Below, one piece after another: positions 9,061 through 19,519 of a stretch of 64,000 nucleotides of DNA (position 1 is its first letter; each line of letters begins with the position of its first letter). The position numbers were made by a program, and so were the translations under genes. Location of the stretch: positions 169,378-233,377 of the IMG/VR virus record IMGVR_UViG_3300024239_000015, one strand, 5' to 3'. A model generated the notes under the pieces. The model was not told the origin of the DNA. It saw only the letters and a list, made by a program, of their open reading frames with translations, and ran no database searches.

Positions 9061-10382
9061 TAGTTAATCGCTCCTAAAGCATACACGCTTAAAAACAACA
9101 CTAAAGGAGTAAAGTAAAACCGCTGTACTTCACTGAGGTTGTCAAGATCGCGTGCTAAGGTTAATACCCTGGCGAGCTGAGGGGTTTGATTGTCTAACAC
9201 CGCTTTGAGTTCTTGCTCTAGTACACACGTAGCAACGTAGTCCCTGTAGAACGCCTCAGAAACGACGTAGGCGGGCTCTAGAGGCCATAGGGGTACAGAC
9301 ACACTACTTTGTGTGTGTAAGAGCCCTGAAAGCTCTGTGGTGCTGATTTGAGCACTGAACGATTGGATCGTAGGTGGGGTACCTATCCAGTTAATCGGAC
9401 GTGTGGCGTTGGGGTGGTCTTGAGCAGACTTCACCACAAGGTCAATCCCACTGTAGCGAATGGTTCTGTACAAAGGAGGTTGGAATACCGTCTTTGTAGG
9501 CAGTAACGCAAAATCACGACGACACCGCACCAGCTGCTTCGTGTCTCCTTTGAGTAGAACGTCAAATAGTGTCGTGACTGTTGCTGAGTTCACGTCATCG
9601 CACACCAGCTGTTCCGCTTTCTGGTAGAACCGATAGCGGTCTTTCGGAACCAGGTGGGAGATAAAGTCTACGACGTAAGGATCGTACGTGGTAGTGTCTT
9701 GGTCAGGAACCAAGAACGCTTCAAACTCATGCACGTAGTTTTGTTCAAAGTACTGGTTGATCAACGTCTGCTGTAGAGTCAGTAACGTCTGGTACTGTGC
9801 GTACTCCGACTCGACTAACATTGGGTTTCTACCCACACGTAAGAAATCACGAACGTAGATCACGTCCTTAGTGACTTTCTTTTCAAGATCTCGTGACGTG
9901 ACGTCGTCCAGTAAGGAACGTAACTCGTAACGGATTTCATACGCAGGTTGCTGGAAGATCGACTTCGGCTCAGCTGACGTTAGCGTAAAGAACCCAAGCT
10001 GTCCCGGACGGACTGGGGCGATAAACATATCCCCTACGTTGGGTACCACGTGCGGAAATACAAACGCGGTCCCTTCGACTTTGAACTCAGCGTTTTCAGT
10101 TAAGGACTGAGGCTCAATAGGTGTCGTGACTTTAAACTCAAACTCACGGATTCGCACGTACTGCTGGAGTGCAGGAGGGATACTGGGTGAGTACGCTGTA
10201 GGCTCACTGTCTACCCCTAACACCTGACTGTAGTACGTAACTACCCACTTGGAGCCTTTGACGTGTGTGAGTAAATCGGTCGTTGGGATTAACCGCGTGT
10301 CGTTGGTAATCCCTCGGTAGGGTTGAGTCACTAAGTCCACAGGGGTTTGTGGAGGTGTGGTGTCATCGGTAAAGAAACTCAT
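9060..10382 (-). CDS. Virion structural protein, probable neck/head-completion (phiKZ gp99-like)
   Basis: 440 aa; 'GSKWVVTYYSQ', 'VPNVGDMFIA', 'YDPYVVDF'; synteny. Confidence 0.65.
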   Translation of the reverse strand: MSFFTDDTTPPQTPVDLVTQPYRGITNDTRLIPTTDLLTHVKGSKWVVTYYSQVLGVDSEPTAYSPSIPPALQQYVRIREFEFKVTTPIEPQSLTENAEFKVEGTAFVFPHVVPNVGDMFIAPVRPGQLGFFTLTSAEPKSIFQQPAYEIRYELRSLLDDVTSRDLEKKVTKDVIYVRDFLRVGRNPMLVESEYAQYQTLLTLQQTLINQYFEQNYVHEFEAFLVPDQDTTTYDPYVVDFISHLVPKDRYRFYQKAEQLVCDDVNSATVTTLFDVLLKGDTKQLVRCRRDFALLPTKTVFQPPLYRTIRYSGIDLVVKSAQDHPNATRPINWIGTPPTIQSFSAQISTTELSGLLHTQSSVSVPLWPLEPAYVVSEAFYRDYVATCVLEQELKAVLDNQTPQLARVLTLARDLDNLSEVQRFYFTPLVLFLSVYALGAIN

Positions 10383-11914
10383 GCTAAACGTCCTCTGCGG
10401 GTTTTAATTAGTAACTCATTGAACATCCACCACCGGACTTCAAAACTGGTTGCACGTTGTTGACCTATTTTGCGTAGTCGTCCTACGACCTTGTCGTACC
10501 CTTCTTTCTCTACTAAGCGATTAGCGATCACCCGAGGAGTAAGTCCTTGGGGTTGCATAGGCGGATACACCCAGCGTAAGACCTTTAAACACACCTGAGG
10601 GTTTTGACGAAACCGTAGTTCGGTCTGTGTGTCTAGCAGGTCTAAGCCCCACAGGACGTTAAACCGAAACCGGTACTCTAACCGTGGGTCTAAGTCACGA
10701 CTGCAAGTGATCACGAAGTTCTCGTCCATACTTAAGTAGGTGTAGTCAATGGGCACACCCCCTTCGTAGATCTCAATCTGTACTGGACAGTTATTCGCAC
10801 CAAACAAAAATGCACGTTCTTGTTTTAGATACTCTAAAAGCTCAGGAACGATTTCGTACTCACCCAACTGAGTTAACGTCAGTACCGTACGAGGGGTGTC
10901 TGGGTTAATCAACAGCAACGAGGTGACGATGTTCAAGTAGTTGGCGTTTGGATACTTCGGTAACCAATCGTCGTAATGAGGGATAGTAATCCCTACCGTG
11001 TAGTCTTTCGTCAACCACGAGAAACTCCGTGGTGTGTCAAGGATTTCGTCAATAAATCCTTTATCCGCTAAAGCTTCTGGTTTATAACTCGGTAGACGGT
11101 CATACAGTTTCGCTGGTACGGGCTGTTGATGCACCAATACAGGAATCTTCCCAATAATCGAAATCGGACGTTGGTACTGGAACACAAAGTCAAACGTCGC
11201 TTCGTACGTTGCACCGGTGGTTTTACTGGGTTCACTAGGTAGGGTATCACGGAACCACCCTTGTACGTTGATCTGGTCTTCCTGCACGTACGGTTCCATT
11301 TCCGAACCATCCAGTTTGGTAATAAACGTAAACTTTTCTAGTGCAGCGTGGTTCTTCCAGTACACACCGAAGTCTTCTGCGTAGCCTTGTTTGGTTTCCC
11401 GTAAACGATGTAACTCTAAAAGGGTAGCAAACGCTGCAGGTGGGAATGGATACTGGTAACTGACTTTGTGGAGCTGATGTGCTTTGTTATTCCGTAGCTG
11501 CCTTACGAAGTTGTCTCTCCAACGTACCGCGTCTTGTTTGTCTTCAGAGCGGAACGTGAAGGACAACGTCACTTCCATCGTGGTCGTAACGGGACGGTAA
11601 GCGATCCCTAAGTCGGTGTCTAAGAACAAATACTTCTGATCTTTCGTGGTAGAGTTCTGCGCGATCAACGTCGGTTCGTACTCGAGCTCTTGGTGTTTCA
11701 CAAACACCGCTTGACGTTGGTCAAACTGAGGCCCTACTCCTTCTTCTAACCATCCTGAATTTGTTAAACGCAGGACTTGTTGGTCTCCAAAGAACCCCAC
11801 GAAGGTTTGGTCGTGTATACCACTATTGGCTAACACCTGTTTTAAAATAGATACTGCCACAGGACGGGTGATGCTCTGGTACGTCTCTGGTAGCATGTAG
11901 TTGATCAAAGGCAT
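10379..11914 (-). CDS. Virion structural protein, probable neck/tail terminator (phiKZ gp98-like)
   Basis: ~511 aa from ATG MPLINY; 'SITRPV', 'IPVLVHQQ', 'IPHYDDW'; synteny. Confidence 0.65.
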   Translation of the reverse strand: MPLINYMLPETYQSITRPVAVSILKQVLANSGIHDQTFVGFFGDQQVLRLTNSGWLEEGVGPQFDQRQAVFVKHQELEYEPTLIAQNSTTKDQKYLFLDTDLGIAYRPVTTTMEVTLSFTFRSEDKQDAVRWRDNFVRQLRNNKAHQLHKVSYQYPFPPAAFATLLELHRLRETKQGYAEDFGVYWKNHAALEKFTFITKLDGSEMEPYVQEDQINVQGWFRDTLPSEPSKTTGATYEATFDFVFQYQRPISIIGKIPVLVHQQPVPAKLYDRLPSYKPEALADKGFIDEILDTPRSFSWLTKDYTVGITIPHYDDWLPKYPNANYLNIVTSLLLINPDTPRTVLTLTQLGEYEIVPELLEYLKQERAFLFGANNCPVQIEIYEGGVPIDYTYLSMDENFVITCSRDLDPRLEYRFRFNVLWGLDLLDTQTELRFRQNPQVCLKVLRWVYPPMQPQGLTPRVIANRLVEKEGYDKVVGRLRKIGQQRATSFEVRWWMFNELLIKTRRGRLA

Positions 11915-11996
11915 GGGGATGTCTCCCTGAGACAAAAAAAAAGAAATAGGTTCAAAACTATACGATTACGGGGCTTTTCAGCCCCGTAACACGTTT

Positions 11997-12500
11997 TTAG
12001 CTTACATGCTTTAACCGTTTAGAAGTCCAGAGTTCGGCATAGAACTCAAGAATCCAAAACGACTTCTTCGCGTCCACGACAACAAATTGTTCACCGCCAC
12101 CAAAGGTGTAATAGTGCGTCAAAGGGAGTGTGTTAGCTAGAAACAGTTTTGTAAGATCAGGGTGTTGTTGGAAACGTAACAGAATCGCACGCTTGAACTC
12201 CTCCTGAAAGTTCTCGAGTGGAATTTGCCGGTAGTTCTTTCCTACCCGTTTTGCATCGTATCCCGAGAGTTCACGTAACGAGTCCCATTGTTTCCCCGTC
12301 CCTAACCAGTACCAGAACGCTTCTAATGACTTAAACTCTCCGTACTCTGGGTGCGTAAACCCCAGAGGAGAGAAATTCGTCAGTAACCGCCCTAGCTCAG
12401 TTCTTGCTTTGGAATAGATGTTGACATGCGTCACACCGTCCTCGCTCAGTTGGGTGAGTTCTAACTCACCCTCTGTGCTCCCTACTTTGAAGGTTTTCAT
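11997..12500 (-). CDS. NADAR-superfamily protein (T4 gp30.3-like), putative ADP-ribosylhydrolase
   Basis: 'NIYSKARTELGRLLTNFSPLGF...FKSLEAFWYWL...LRFQQHPDL...PLTHYY' resembles phage NADAR proteins. Confidence 0.6.
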   Translation of the reverse strand: MKTFKVGSTEGELELTQLSEDGVTHVNIYSKARTELGRLLTNFSPLGFTHPEYGEFKSLEAFWYWLGTGKQWDSLRELSGYDAKRVGKNYRQIPLENFQEEFKRAILLRFQQHPDLTKLFLANTLPLTHYYTFGGGEQFVVVDAKKSFWILEFYAELWTSKRLKHVS

Positions 12501-12509
12501 CCATACCCC

Positions 12510-13472
12510 TTAGTGCAGGTGTTTGTGCTCTGCTGAAATGGAGTTCGTAGGTTCTCCAGTATCGTGACTGTGGTTCACTAAACCGAGCATCGCCATGAAA
12601 TGTTCAATACGACGACTCACCTGAGCAGTGATCTTCACACCGTTTTCAAACTGAGGGATCACACTTACTACACGACGGTTCTGTACACGCACTTCCCAGC
12701 TATAGCCCGTAGCCACGACTTTGTTAGACACAGGACGGTTCAGTAACTCCACTGAGAACACACCCTCGTTGAGTTTCTGTGGGTACGACAAGAACGTAAA
12801 CCCTACAAACTCAACGACCTCTAACCCATGGGGGTTTAGGTGTGTGTTTAAGTAGTACTGTAGTTCTTGGTCTGTCAAACGAGTCGCTAACGCACTGGCT
12901 TGCATTTCGGCTAAGTACAGCTGCTCGTTGAGACGCACTACACAGGTTCGTGTACCTGTTTGTATTTTAGCGACGTCCTCCACTTTGAGGTCACACAGAG
13001 GAGTCGTTACTTCAAACTCATCCATAGTCTCCCCATACTCAACGCGGGGTGCGTCACCGTAACTACCTAGGAGCAACGTGTCTATCCCAGAGACCTCAAC
13101 GTCTCCTACGTGTTTGATTGGGGTGTATAAGTCTAAGTACTCACACCAGCCAAACTGAATACCTGCTAACTCCAGAACTTCAGGTAGCTGTCCGCCGTAG
13201 GTGGTGTTGGCTGCAGCGCCATACCGTACGTTCTGTAATTGCATCACAGGACGTTCCGTCACACCGAAGCACTCAGTGTCTTTCTCCAATACGCTGAAGA
13301 ACTTGGTGGCGTAATTACGACCACCTAACTTCACTTCCTCTACAAGGTCGTATGGGGTCTCTAAGTTTAAAGCGATTTTCTGTACACAGGCTGGGAAAGG
13401 GCTCACCCCACCAGATTTTAAGTCGATAATCACAAATTGTTTACGTACGTCAAAAGTCTCTTTAATAAACAT
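12510..13472 (-). CDS. Hypothetical protein
   Basis: Long ORF; start at MFIKET after an AGAGGA RBS. Confidence 0.7.
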   Translation of the reverse strand: MFIKETFDVRKQFVIIDLKSGGVSPFPACVQKIALNLETPYDLVEEVKLGGRNYATKFFSVLEKDTECFGVTERPVMQLQNVRYGAAANTTYGGQLPEVLELAGIQFGWCEYLDLYTPIKHVGDVEVSGIDTLLLGSYGDAPRVEYGETMDEFEVTTPLCDLKVEDVAKIQTGTRTCVVRLNEQLYLAEMQASALATRLTDQELQYYLNTHLNPHGLEVVEFVGFTFLSYPQKLNEGVFSVELLNRPVSNKVVATGYSWEVRVQNRRVVSVIPQFENGVKITAQVSRRIEHFMAMLGLVNHSHDTGEPTNSISAEHKHLH

Positions 13473-13485
13473 AATGGTCGTCCTC

Positions 13486-13809
13486 TTAAGCTGCGATTGT
13501 GATACGGTTACGGTAGTCAGCACGTACGTGGTCTGGAAGCTGTTTTAGTACTTCTGCCCGTAACGTGTTGGCAAGTACACCAGACGGTAAACGTAAGCTA
13601 CGTGTACCTGTGAAGTAAAAGGCATTCATTCCGTCTAAACAGATCGACGGGTTGGTTTGGGTTTCGTCCCAGTTTCCTGCATGTACAGGGACCAGTGACA
13701 AATGAAATTTTTCTGCTGCTCTTTCAGCAGCACGACGTAACGCAACGTCTTCCTGAGTACGGGCTGCTGTATTGAATGCGGCAAACAGTTTTTTGATGGT
13801 TGTGAACAT
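13486..13809 (-). CDS. Hypothetical protein
   Basis: 107 aa with AAGGA RBS. Confidence 0.65.
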   Translation of the reverse strand: MFTTIKKLFAAFNTAARTQEDVALRRAAERAAEKFHLSLVPVHAGNWDETQTNPSICLDGMNAFYFTGTRSLRLPSGVLANTLRAEVLKQLPDHVRADYRNRITIAA

Positions 13810-13867
13810 AGTCTAGCTTCCTTTTTTTGAGAGTGGGGTGAGGCTGTGCGGTGGCACAGCCTTTGTA

Positions 13868-14188
13868 TCATAAACGAGCGATTTCTTCTTGGCTTAAAAA
13901 CCAGAACCACTCGGTAGGTTTCAGTACCGTTTCCTTTCCAGAGTCGTCAAAGATGACGTAGTTAGACTCCACGAACTTCCCTTGGAGGTTTTCATGTCCG
14001 TAGGTTTGTCGTAAGTAACGAATGGTCTCTGGAGTAGGGACAGCGCGAGTCAGTAAGTCTTTCGGCGTCTCACGCATGCGGCGCAGGATGGCTTTGGTTA
14101 AAGCTCTGCGAGAACGGATACTGCCGTAACCGATTAAGTCTTCACAGTGTGGTGGGATGCCTTGATAAGGGGCGATTCCTTCCAGCAC
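13868..14188 (-). CDS. Hypothetical protein (start uncertain)
   Basis: 106-aa ORF within a co-oriented run. Confidence 0.55.
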   Translation of the reverse strand: MLEGIAPYQGIPPHCEDLIGYGSIRSRRALTKAILRRMRETPKDLLTRAVPTPETIRYLRQTYGHENLQGKFVESNYVIFDDSGKETVLKPTEWFWFLSQEEIARL

Positions 14189-14267
14189 GTATGATCCATC
14201 GGTTGGGTCTTTCTTTACTATCGCAAAACAGCTGTGGAAGGCTGTCCTACGAATAATCAGCCGGTTA

Positions 14268-14906
14268 TCAGGCTTCTGCTTCAGTGGGGGCAGCAGCCAG
14301 CTGGGGTGCCTCCTTAGGCAGTTTTAATACCGCCAAGAACTGGTTGTAGTACTCGACCAGTAACGGTGAGTACAGATCCAGCTCTTTCTGAGTCGCTTTC
14401 GCGTCTTTAGCCACTAAAGGTTTTGGGAGTGTAAACTCACGACCCTTTAAGTCATCTTCGCTAAAGAGGGATAACCAGTTTTTCTCGTTGTACGTACCGC
14501 AGTGTGTGCGTAAGGTGTATAACACGTCACCGACTTTACGGATTAACTCACGTCGTGTGGTCTCACGCATGAAGTACCACTTTAAACTGTACTTCGTTGC
14601 AAACTGAGTGAAGAGCTCACTAGCGAGTTCCAGCTGTGCTAATGCGAAGCATGCTGCTAACACACGTGGGTTCTTACGCCATTCCAGGACCTGTTCTAAG
14701 GTTTGTTGAATGGCGTACTCGACATGCACGTTCATGTGTGGGTCGGGTAACGTATCCGCGATGGCGGTGGATAAACCCAACACGGATAGACGCACTTCGC
14801 GTACGACCTCTGGCGTAAGCTCAGTTTGCTTTAAGAGCTCTGCTTTGGTTTCCGCGAACAGTCGAATTTGACGTTCTTTATACTCATTTAAATCTAAAGC
14901 TGACAT
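14268..14906 (-). CDS. Hypothetical early protein
   Basis: 212 aa, TAAGGAG RBS, promoter motif upstream. Confidence 0.75.
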   Translation of the reverse strand: MSALDLNEYKERQIRLFAETKAELLKQTELTPEVVREVRLSVLGLSTAIADTLPDPHMNVHVEYAIQQTLEQVLEWRKNPRVLAACFALAQLELASELFTQFATKYSLKWYFMRETTRRELIRKVGDVLYTLRTHCGTYNEKNWLSLFSEDDLKGREFTLPKPLVAKDAKATQKELDLYSPLLVEYYNQFLAVLKLPKEAPQLAAAPTEAEA

Positions 14907-14940
14907 AGTTAAGTCTCCTTATATGGCTATTGTCCCAACC

Positions 14941-14971
14941 ATATTAAATACCTATAAAAGTTTCGAAACGG
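14941..14971 (-). promoter_or_regulatory. Putative early promoter, copy 3
   Basis: CCGTTTCGAAACTTTTATAGGTATTTAATAT, directly after the hairpin AAGGAGTACC-CGAA-GGTACTCCTT (14977-15000). Confidence 0.7.
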
Positions 14972-15010
14972 CATAAAAGGAGTACCCGAAGGTACTCCTT
15001 GTTTTATGGC

Positions 15011-16423
15011 TTACTCTTTGTCTACCGGGTAGGCAGCAATATGAGTAGCGATCATCGCCTGTGCGGCTTTCACCACACGCAACGACAACTCACACGCACG
15101 GCCCATAGGCTGGGTAGCCCACGTAGCGAATGCCGTTTGGTAACGCAGTAAGTCCTGGTAGTTTTCTTTCTGACCAGGAGTAGCTTCCGCTTTACCGAAG
15201 GTTTCAGAACAACGTTTAGACGACTGTTTCAGTTTGTCAGAAGCGTCTTTCAGTTTCTTCGATTTACCGTTACGATAGTCTGCCACTAAACGCAATACGG
15301 CAGCGCACTTACCGACCAATTTCTTCAGATCGGCTGGTGTCAGCACGTCAATATCGCCCGCTTTGTACGTTTCAAATTTTGGATTATCAACAATCGCAAA
15401 ATTCGCTGATCGTACTTTAGCGGAGGTAGCGTCATCGGTCGGAAGGTGAGCCACTAAGAACTTACCGCCTGGCAGAGGCGCGGACATCTTCACTTCAATA
15501 CCGTCTTCGGTTTTCTTGTAGCGATCGTCAGAACTACCTGGCTTAGGCAGGATACCCATTACACTGCTGTTACGCAGTGCGGCGCGGGCTTTACCAGCCG
15601 CTTCAGCCAATGCTTTCTCAGACTCTTCGGTTTTAAACCCAGTGAACACTTTGTCTAAATCGTCAGCTAAACCTAAGATTTCAGAAGAGTGTTTGTCCAA
15701 TAAAGAAGACAGTAACCGCTCTACTTCATTCAACGCGTCGTTCGCGTCAGCGAACTTGTTCGGTGCTTTACCGTTGCTGGTTAAGTACTTACCGGCAGTG
15801 CCCGTAGAGACTTTGTCTTTCGTGGGCTGTTTACCTTCGATTTTACCGATGCGGGCAATCAACTCTTTGTTCTTCGCGTTTTCACGACCTAACGTCGAGA
15901 ACACCGCTTCCACAAAGCGCATGAATGCTTCCCAGGCTTGAGACACTAAACCAGAGACAAAGTTCCAGAAACGACGAGCCATCTCACGGAAACCTTCAGC
16001 TTCCTGTGACAACTTACGTTTCGTGTAACCCATGGATTCTAACGCAGCATTTAAGCTGGTAGCGTCTTCCGGGATCTCTTGGTCGTGACCTAATTCCACT
16101 GCAGCATCGATTGGGGTGTCAGCAGCAGCTAAGTCACCTAAAGCTTCGGTTAATAAAACCTCACCTGGGGTAGACTCTTCTACAGTTTGATCCAATATTT
16201 CAGCAGCAGACTCCATCGCTACAGCACGGTTAGCCATATCGTTGGCGCGCTCTAAGTCAATTTCTGACTCAGCTAATGCGCTAGAAGCATCTACGGCCGC
16301 TTGTTCAGCGTCCATATCTTCCAGTGGTTCTGGTAAGTCAGGAATATCCACTAACGCTTCTGCTTCTGCAACTTCGGCGTTTTGTTCCATTTCTTCCAGT
16401 GCTAAAAAACGTTTTAAAACCAT
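15011..16423 (-). CDS. Internal head/ejection protein paralog (phiKZ gp93-97 family-like)
   Basis: Acidic propeptide with A-x-E/S-x-E sites (RFLALEE, AMES, ALES, SQE), then a basic helical domain. Confidence 0.75.
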   Translation of the reverse strand: MVLKRFLALEEMEQNAEVAEAEALVDIPDLPEPLEDMDAEQAAVDASSALAESEIDLERANDMANRAVAMESAAEILDQTVEESTPGEVLLTEALGDLAAADTPIDAAVELGHDQEIPEDATSLNAALESMGYTKRKLSQEAEGFREMARRFWNFVSGLVSQAWEAFMRFVEAVFSTLGRENAKNKELIARIGKIEGKQPTKDKVSTGTAGKYLTSNGKAPNKFADANDALNEVERLLSSLLDKHSSEILGLADDLDKVFTGFKTEESEKALAEAAGKARAALRNSSVMGILPKPGSSDDRYKKTEDGIEVKMSAPLPGGKFLVAHLPTDDATSAKVRSANFAIVDNPKFETYKAGDIDVLTPADLKKLVGKCAAVLRLVADYRNGKSKKLKDASDKLKQSSKRCSETFGKAEATPGQKENYQDLLRYQTAFATWATQPMGRACELSLRVVKAAQAMIATHIAAYPVDKE

Positions 16424-16494
16424 CTTTAAATTCCTTTACTCAAAAGGTTCTGTGAGAGGGGGAGTTTAGACTCCCCCTACGGAACGTAAACGAC

Positions 16495-17940
16495 TTACTC
16501 AGAAGCGTACTGAGCTAAGGACTTCTCAGCGTAGCTTAACGCCGCAACGCCAGTAGACGTAGCGTAAGAAATACCAGACTTAGCGAAGTTCAGGCTACCG
16601 CGAGCAACGTGCTGTACGATTTTCAGTACAGACTTAATTGCTGTCTTAGAACCTTCGTCTGCACCTTCGCCAGCTTCTGCGTTCTTAGCGAACTGATCGC
16701 CTGCTTCACGCAGTTGTTTGATCGCTTGTTGTACCTGATCGTTTTTGGTTTTGTAACCAACGATCATCTGGCCGATTTCTTCCACAGTCTTCGCGATAGC
16801 TTTGCAGTCTTCGATAGAAGCTACTGGAACTTCTTCGTAGTCGGCTTCTATGTCTTTCTTAAACATACCGAATGCTGAGGTCTTTACACATTTCAGTACA
16901 ACAGTACCTACCGTACCCTGAGCAGCAGCCCAACGTGTCAGCCACTGAACGACTTTGTTAGAGTCTTTGTACGCTTTGTCATCTTTGAAATCGTCGCGTA
17001 CGGTCACTGTTGCAACAGCGTAACCACCAGGTAATACAGGACCAGCAACAGCATGGTAGATCGATTCGTCTTGTTTGAAGGCACTACCAGCTTCTTTGAT
17101 GTAGTCGTCGGTAGTAGAAACAGCTTCAACGACATCGTTAGCTAACGTTGTGTAGATGTCCATGTTGTTCGTGAATTTGAAACTACGTAAAACATCGGCC
17201 ATCGCTTTAGCGCGTTCAGCACCTTTAGTAGCGGCTTCACCACACGCGTGGTTGATCATCGTTTTAACATCATCTAAACCACCAGTCACGTTTTCAAACT
17301 TGCCGTCTTTGTTACACAGTTTGGTCGCGGCACCGGCTTTCATCGTCTGGGCTTTCTTCTCGCCTTTGGCTTTACTTGCTTTTTCGAACACGCCCTGAGC
17401 GGATTTCACCATACGACCAGCTGAGCTGATGTGAGTTTGAATGAATTCGTTCACCTTCGCTAAGAACTCGGTGACCATCTTCACAATCATCGCCCACACT
17501 TCTTTGATCTTCGTACCGACAGATTCCTGAGACAGCGTAGTGGCACGCAGTTTAGACTGTGACACACCAAACGCTTCGCAGCTTGGAGCTGTGTTCTTTA
17601 AACCCACGCGGTTTAATTCACGGTTCAGTGCGAATTGGAAATACGTGGCAGATTCCTGAGACAAACCACCGGCAGTAGCGTCACGACCTAACATCGCATG
17701 CAGTGACTCCAGGGCTTCCTGTACATCTTCTGCTTCTTCGATGCCTTCTTCCATCTCATCCAGCTCAGCCGCGTCTTCTGCGATTTCAGCCAGCTCTTGT
17801 TGTAAAGGCAGAGTCGTAGACACTTCTACGTCTACGTCAGTAGTGGTGGTCACGGACTGTTGGCCTTCAGTACCGTCTTCGTTCTGGGCTACGATAGCTT
17901 CGCTTTCCAGCGCCAGGAAACGATTTAATTTCTTTGCCAT
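16495..17940 (-). CDS. Internal head protein paralog
   Basis: KLNRFLALESE, ALESL, LSQES-VGTKIKEVW. Confidence 0.75.
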   Translation of the reverse strand: MAKKLNRFLALESEAIVAQNEDGTEGQQSVTTTTDVDVEVSTTLPLQQELAEIAEDAAELDEMEEGIEEAEDVQEALESLHAMLGRDATAGGLSQESATYFQFALNRELNRVGLKNTAPSCEAFGVSQSKLRATTLSQESVGTKIKEVWAMIVKMVTEFLAKVNEFIQTHISSAGRMVKSAQGVFEKASKAKGEKKAQTMKAGAATKLCNKDGKFENVTGGLDDVKTMINHACGEAATKGAERAKAMADVLRSFKFTNNMDIYTTLANDVVEAVSTTDDYIKEAGSAFKQDESIYHAVAGPVLPGGYAVATVTVRDDFKDDKAYKDSNKVVQWLTRWAAAQGTVGTVVLKCVKTSAFGMFKKDIEADYEEVPVASIEDCKAIAKTVEEIGQMIVGYKTKNDQVQQAIKQLREAGDQFAKNAEAGEGADEGSKTAIKSVLKIVQHVARGSLNFAKSGISYATSTGVAALSYAEKSLAQYASE

Positions 17941-18088
17941 GGTTAAAACTCCAATTGGATTAAAATTTGTTTTTTTAGAACACGTGTTCTACGCACCTAC
18001 AAGCACGTGCACTTGGAAGTGCTTAGGTCACCGGACATACTCTGTAGTCCTGAGCAGCGGTCGGTACATAGCATTAAAGGAAAGACAG

Positions 18089-18119
18089 CATACAGGGAGG
18101 GTTCTACCCTCCCTGTATG
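18089..18119. terminator. Hairpin terminator
   Basis: CATACAGGGAGGGT-TCT-ACCCTCCCTGTATG. Confidence 0.7.
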
Positions 18120-18125
18120 GACGTA

Positions 18126-19448
18126 CTATTTCTGGATACTACGTTCAGCGTAATCTAAACAATGACCGATGTTTGGAATCGCCCACTTCACCACAGAGGT
18201 CATAAACGCCTGACTACCACGGATCACGTGTTGTGAAATACGAAGCATCGCAGCAGCGGCAGCTTTCTCTTTCTCTCCCAAACCAGCCGCTTTGTCGGAG
18301 TTATCCGAAAAGTGGTCTGCTGCAGATTTGAGTGTTTCGATTGCACGTTTTACTTTATCACCACGTGTGCGGTAGGACAGAATTTTCTCAGCGGCTTTTT
18401 GTACGTTATCAACCACGTCGATCGCTACTTCTTTTGTCAGAGCGGGGACTTCTTTGAACTTAGGCTCCACGGGTCTGAATCTGAAACGTTCTGTTACCAA
18501 CGAGTACGACGCGAGCATGGTGGGTACTTGTTGGAAGAACTTAGCGTTCCAGTTGATGATGTCTTTTTGTTGAGAATCTTTGTTGGTGTAATCCGGGCTG
18601 TTCTGATAGTCCGGTTTGATCATAACAGTCATCACTGAACGATCGCCAAATAACACAGGGCCTATTTTCGAAATCTCGATGCCGTCTTTGTGGGTAACAC
18701 GAGCACCTTCTTTCGTGATGTAATCATCGCTAGTAGCCAGGATCTCACGGATGACGGAATCGCGAATCGAGCCGTAGAACGACTCACTGTCGTCGTACTT
18801 GACACCCTTCAACAATTCTGCCATTTTCTCCATACGCGCGATACCCGCATCAGCACCATCTGAAACCGAGTGGTCTACCGCACGTAAAAGACGAGCACTA
18901 CCGATAACAGGGTCCAGTAACTCACCCTGGTTGTCGTACAATGCTTTCAGGCCATTTGCTGGCATGTTTCCTGTTTTGAAATTAGCGGTCTTTAATTTCT
19001 CGGTTAATGACTTTGCACGCTTGACGTAGTAACCAGCACGAGTCAAATGAGTTTGAATGAAGTCGTTGATTTTCGCTAAGAACTCAGAAACCACTTTGAC
19101 GATCATGTTCCATAGGTCTTTCAGCCGTTGGCCGATCCCTTCTTGCGAGTAACTGGATTCAAATCCAGTACCTAACTGTTCCAACCCCACTTTCTTTAAG
19201 TGCCGTTTCGCTAACGCGTTTGCGTAGCCCAGCGCTTCTTCGGATAACACGCCTGCTTCAGAGTCCGCTTGAACTTGATCCGCTAACGTAGACAGCTCTT
19301 GGTGTACGTCCAGTGACGTGTCCAGCGCTTCTTCTACTTCGCCTAACTCTTCAGCGGCAGCTTCGGCCGGAGCTGCGGTCTCTTCCAGACGTTCTTCTAC
19401 AATGGCTTCGTTTTCCATTGCTAAAAAGCGGTTTAATTTCTTAGACAT
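18126..19448 (-). CDS. Internal head protein paralog
   Basis: KLNRFLAMENE, YSQE-GIGQRLKDLW. Confidence 0.75.
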   Translation of the reverse strand: MSKKLNRFLAMENEAIVEERLEETAAPAEAAAEELGEVEEALDTSLDVHQELSTLADQVQADSEAGVLSEEALGYANALAKRHLKKVGLEQLGTGFESSYSQEGIGQRLKDLWNMIVKVVSEFLAKINDFIQTHLTRAGYYVKRAKSLTEKLKTANFKTGNMPANGLKALYDNQGELLDPVIGSARLLRAVDHSVSDGADAGIARMEKMAELLKGVKYDDSESFYGSIRDSVIREILATSDDYITKEGARVTHKDGIEISKIGPVLFGDRSVMTVMIKPDYQNSPDYTNKDSQQKDIINWNAKFFQQVPTMLASYSLVTERFRFRPVEPKFKEVPALTKEVAIDVVDNVQKAAEKILSYRTRGDKVKRAIETLKSAADHFSDNSDKAAGLGEKEKAAAAAMLRISQHVIRGSQAFMTSVVKWAIPNIGHCLDYAERSIQK

Positions 19449-19519
19449 CGTTTAGGGTTCCTTACCAAAAAAACGGTAGAAAAGAGAGGGCGTAAACCCT
19501 CTCTTTCACACAGACCGAC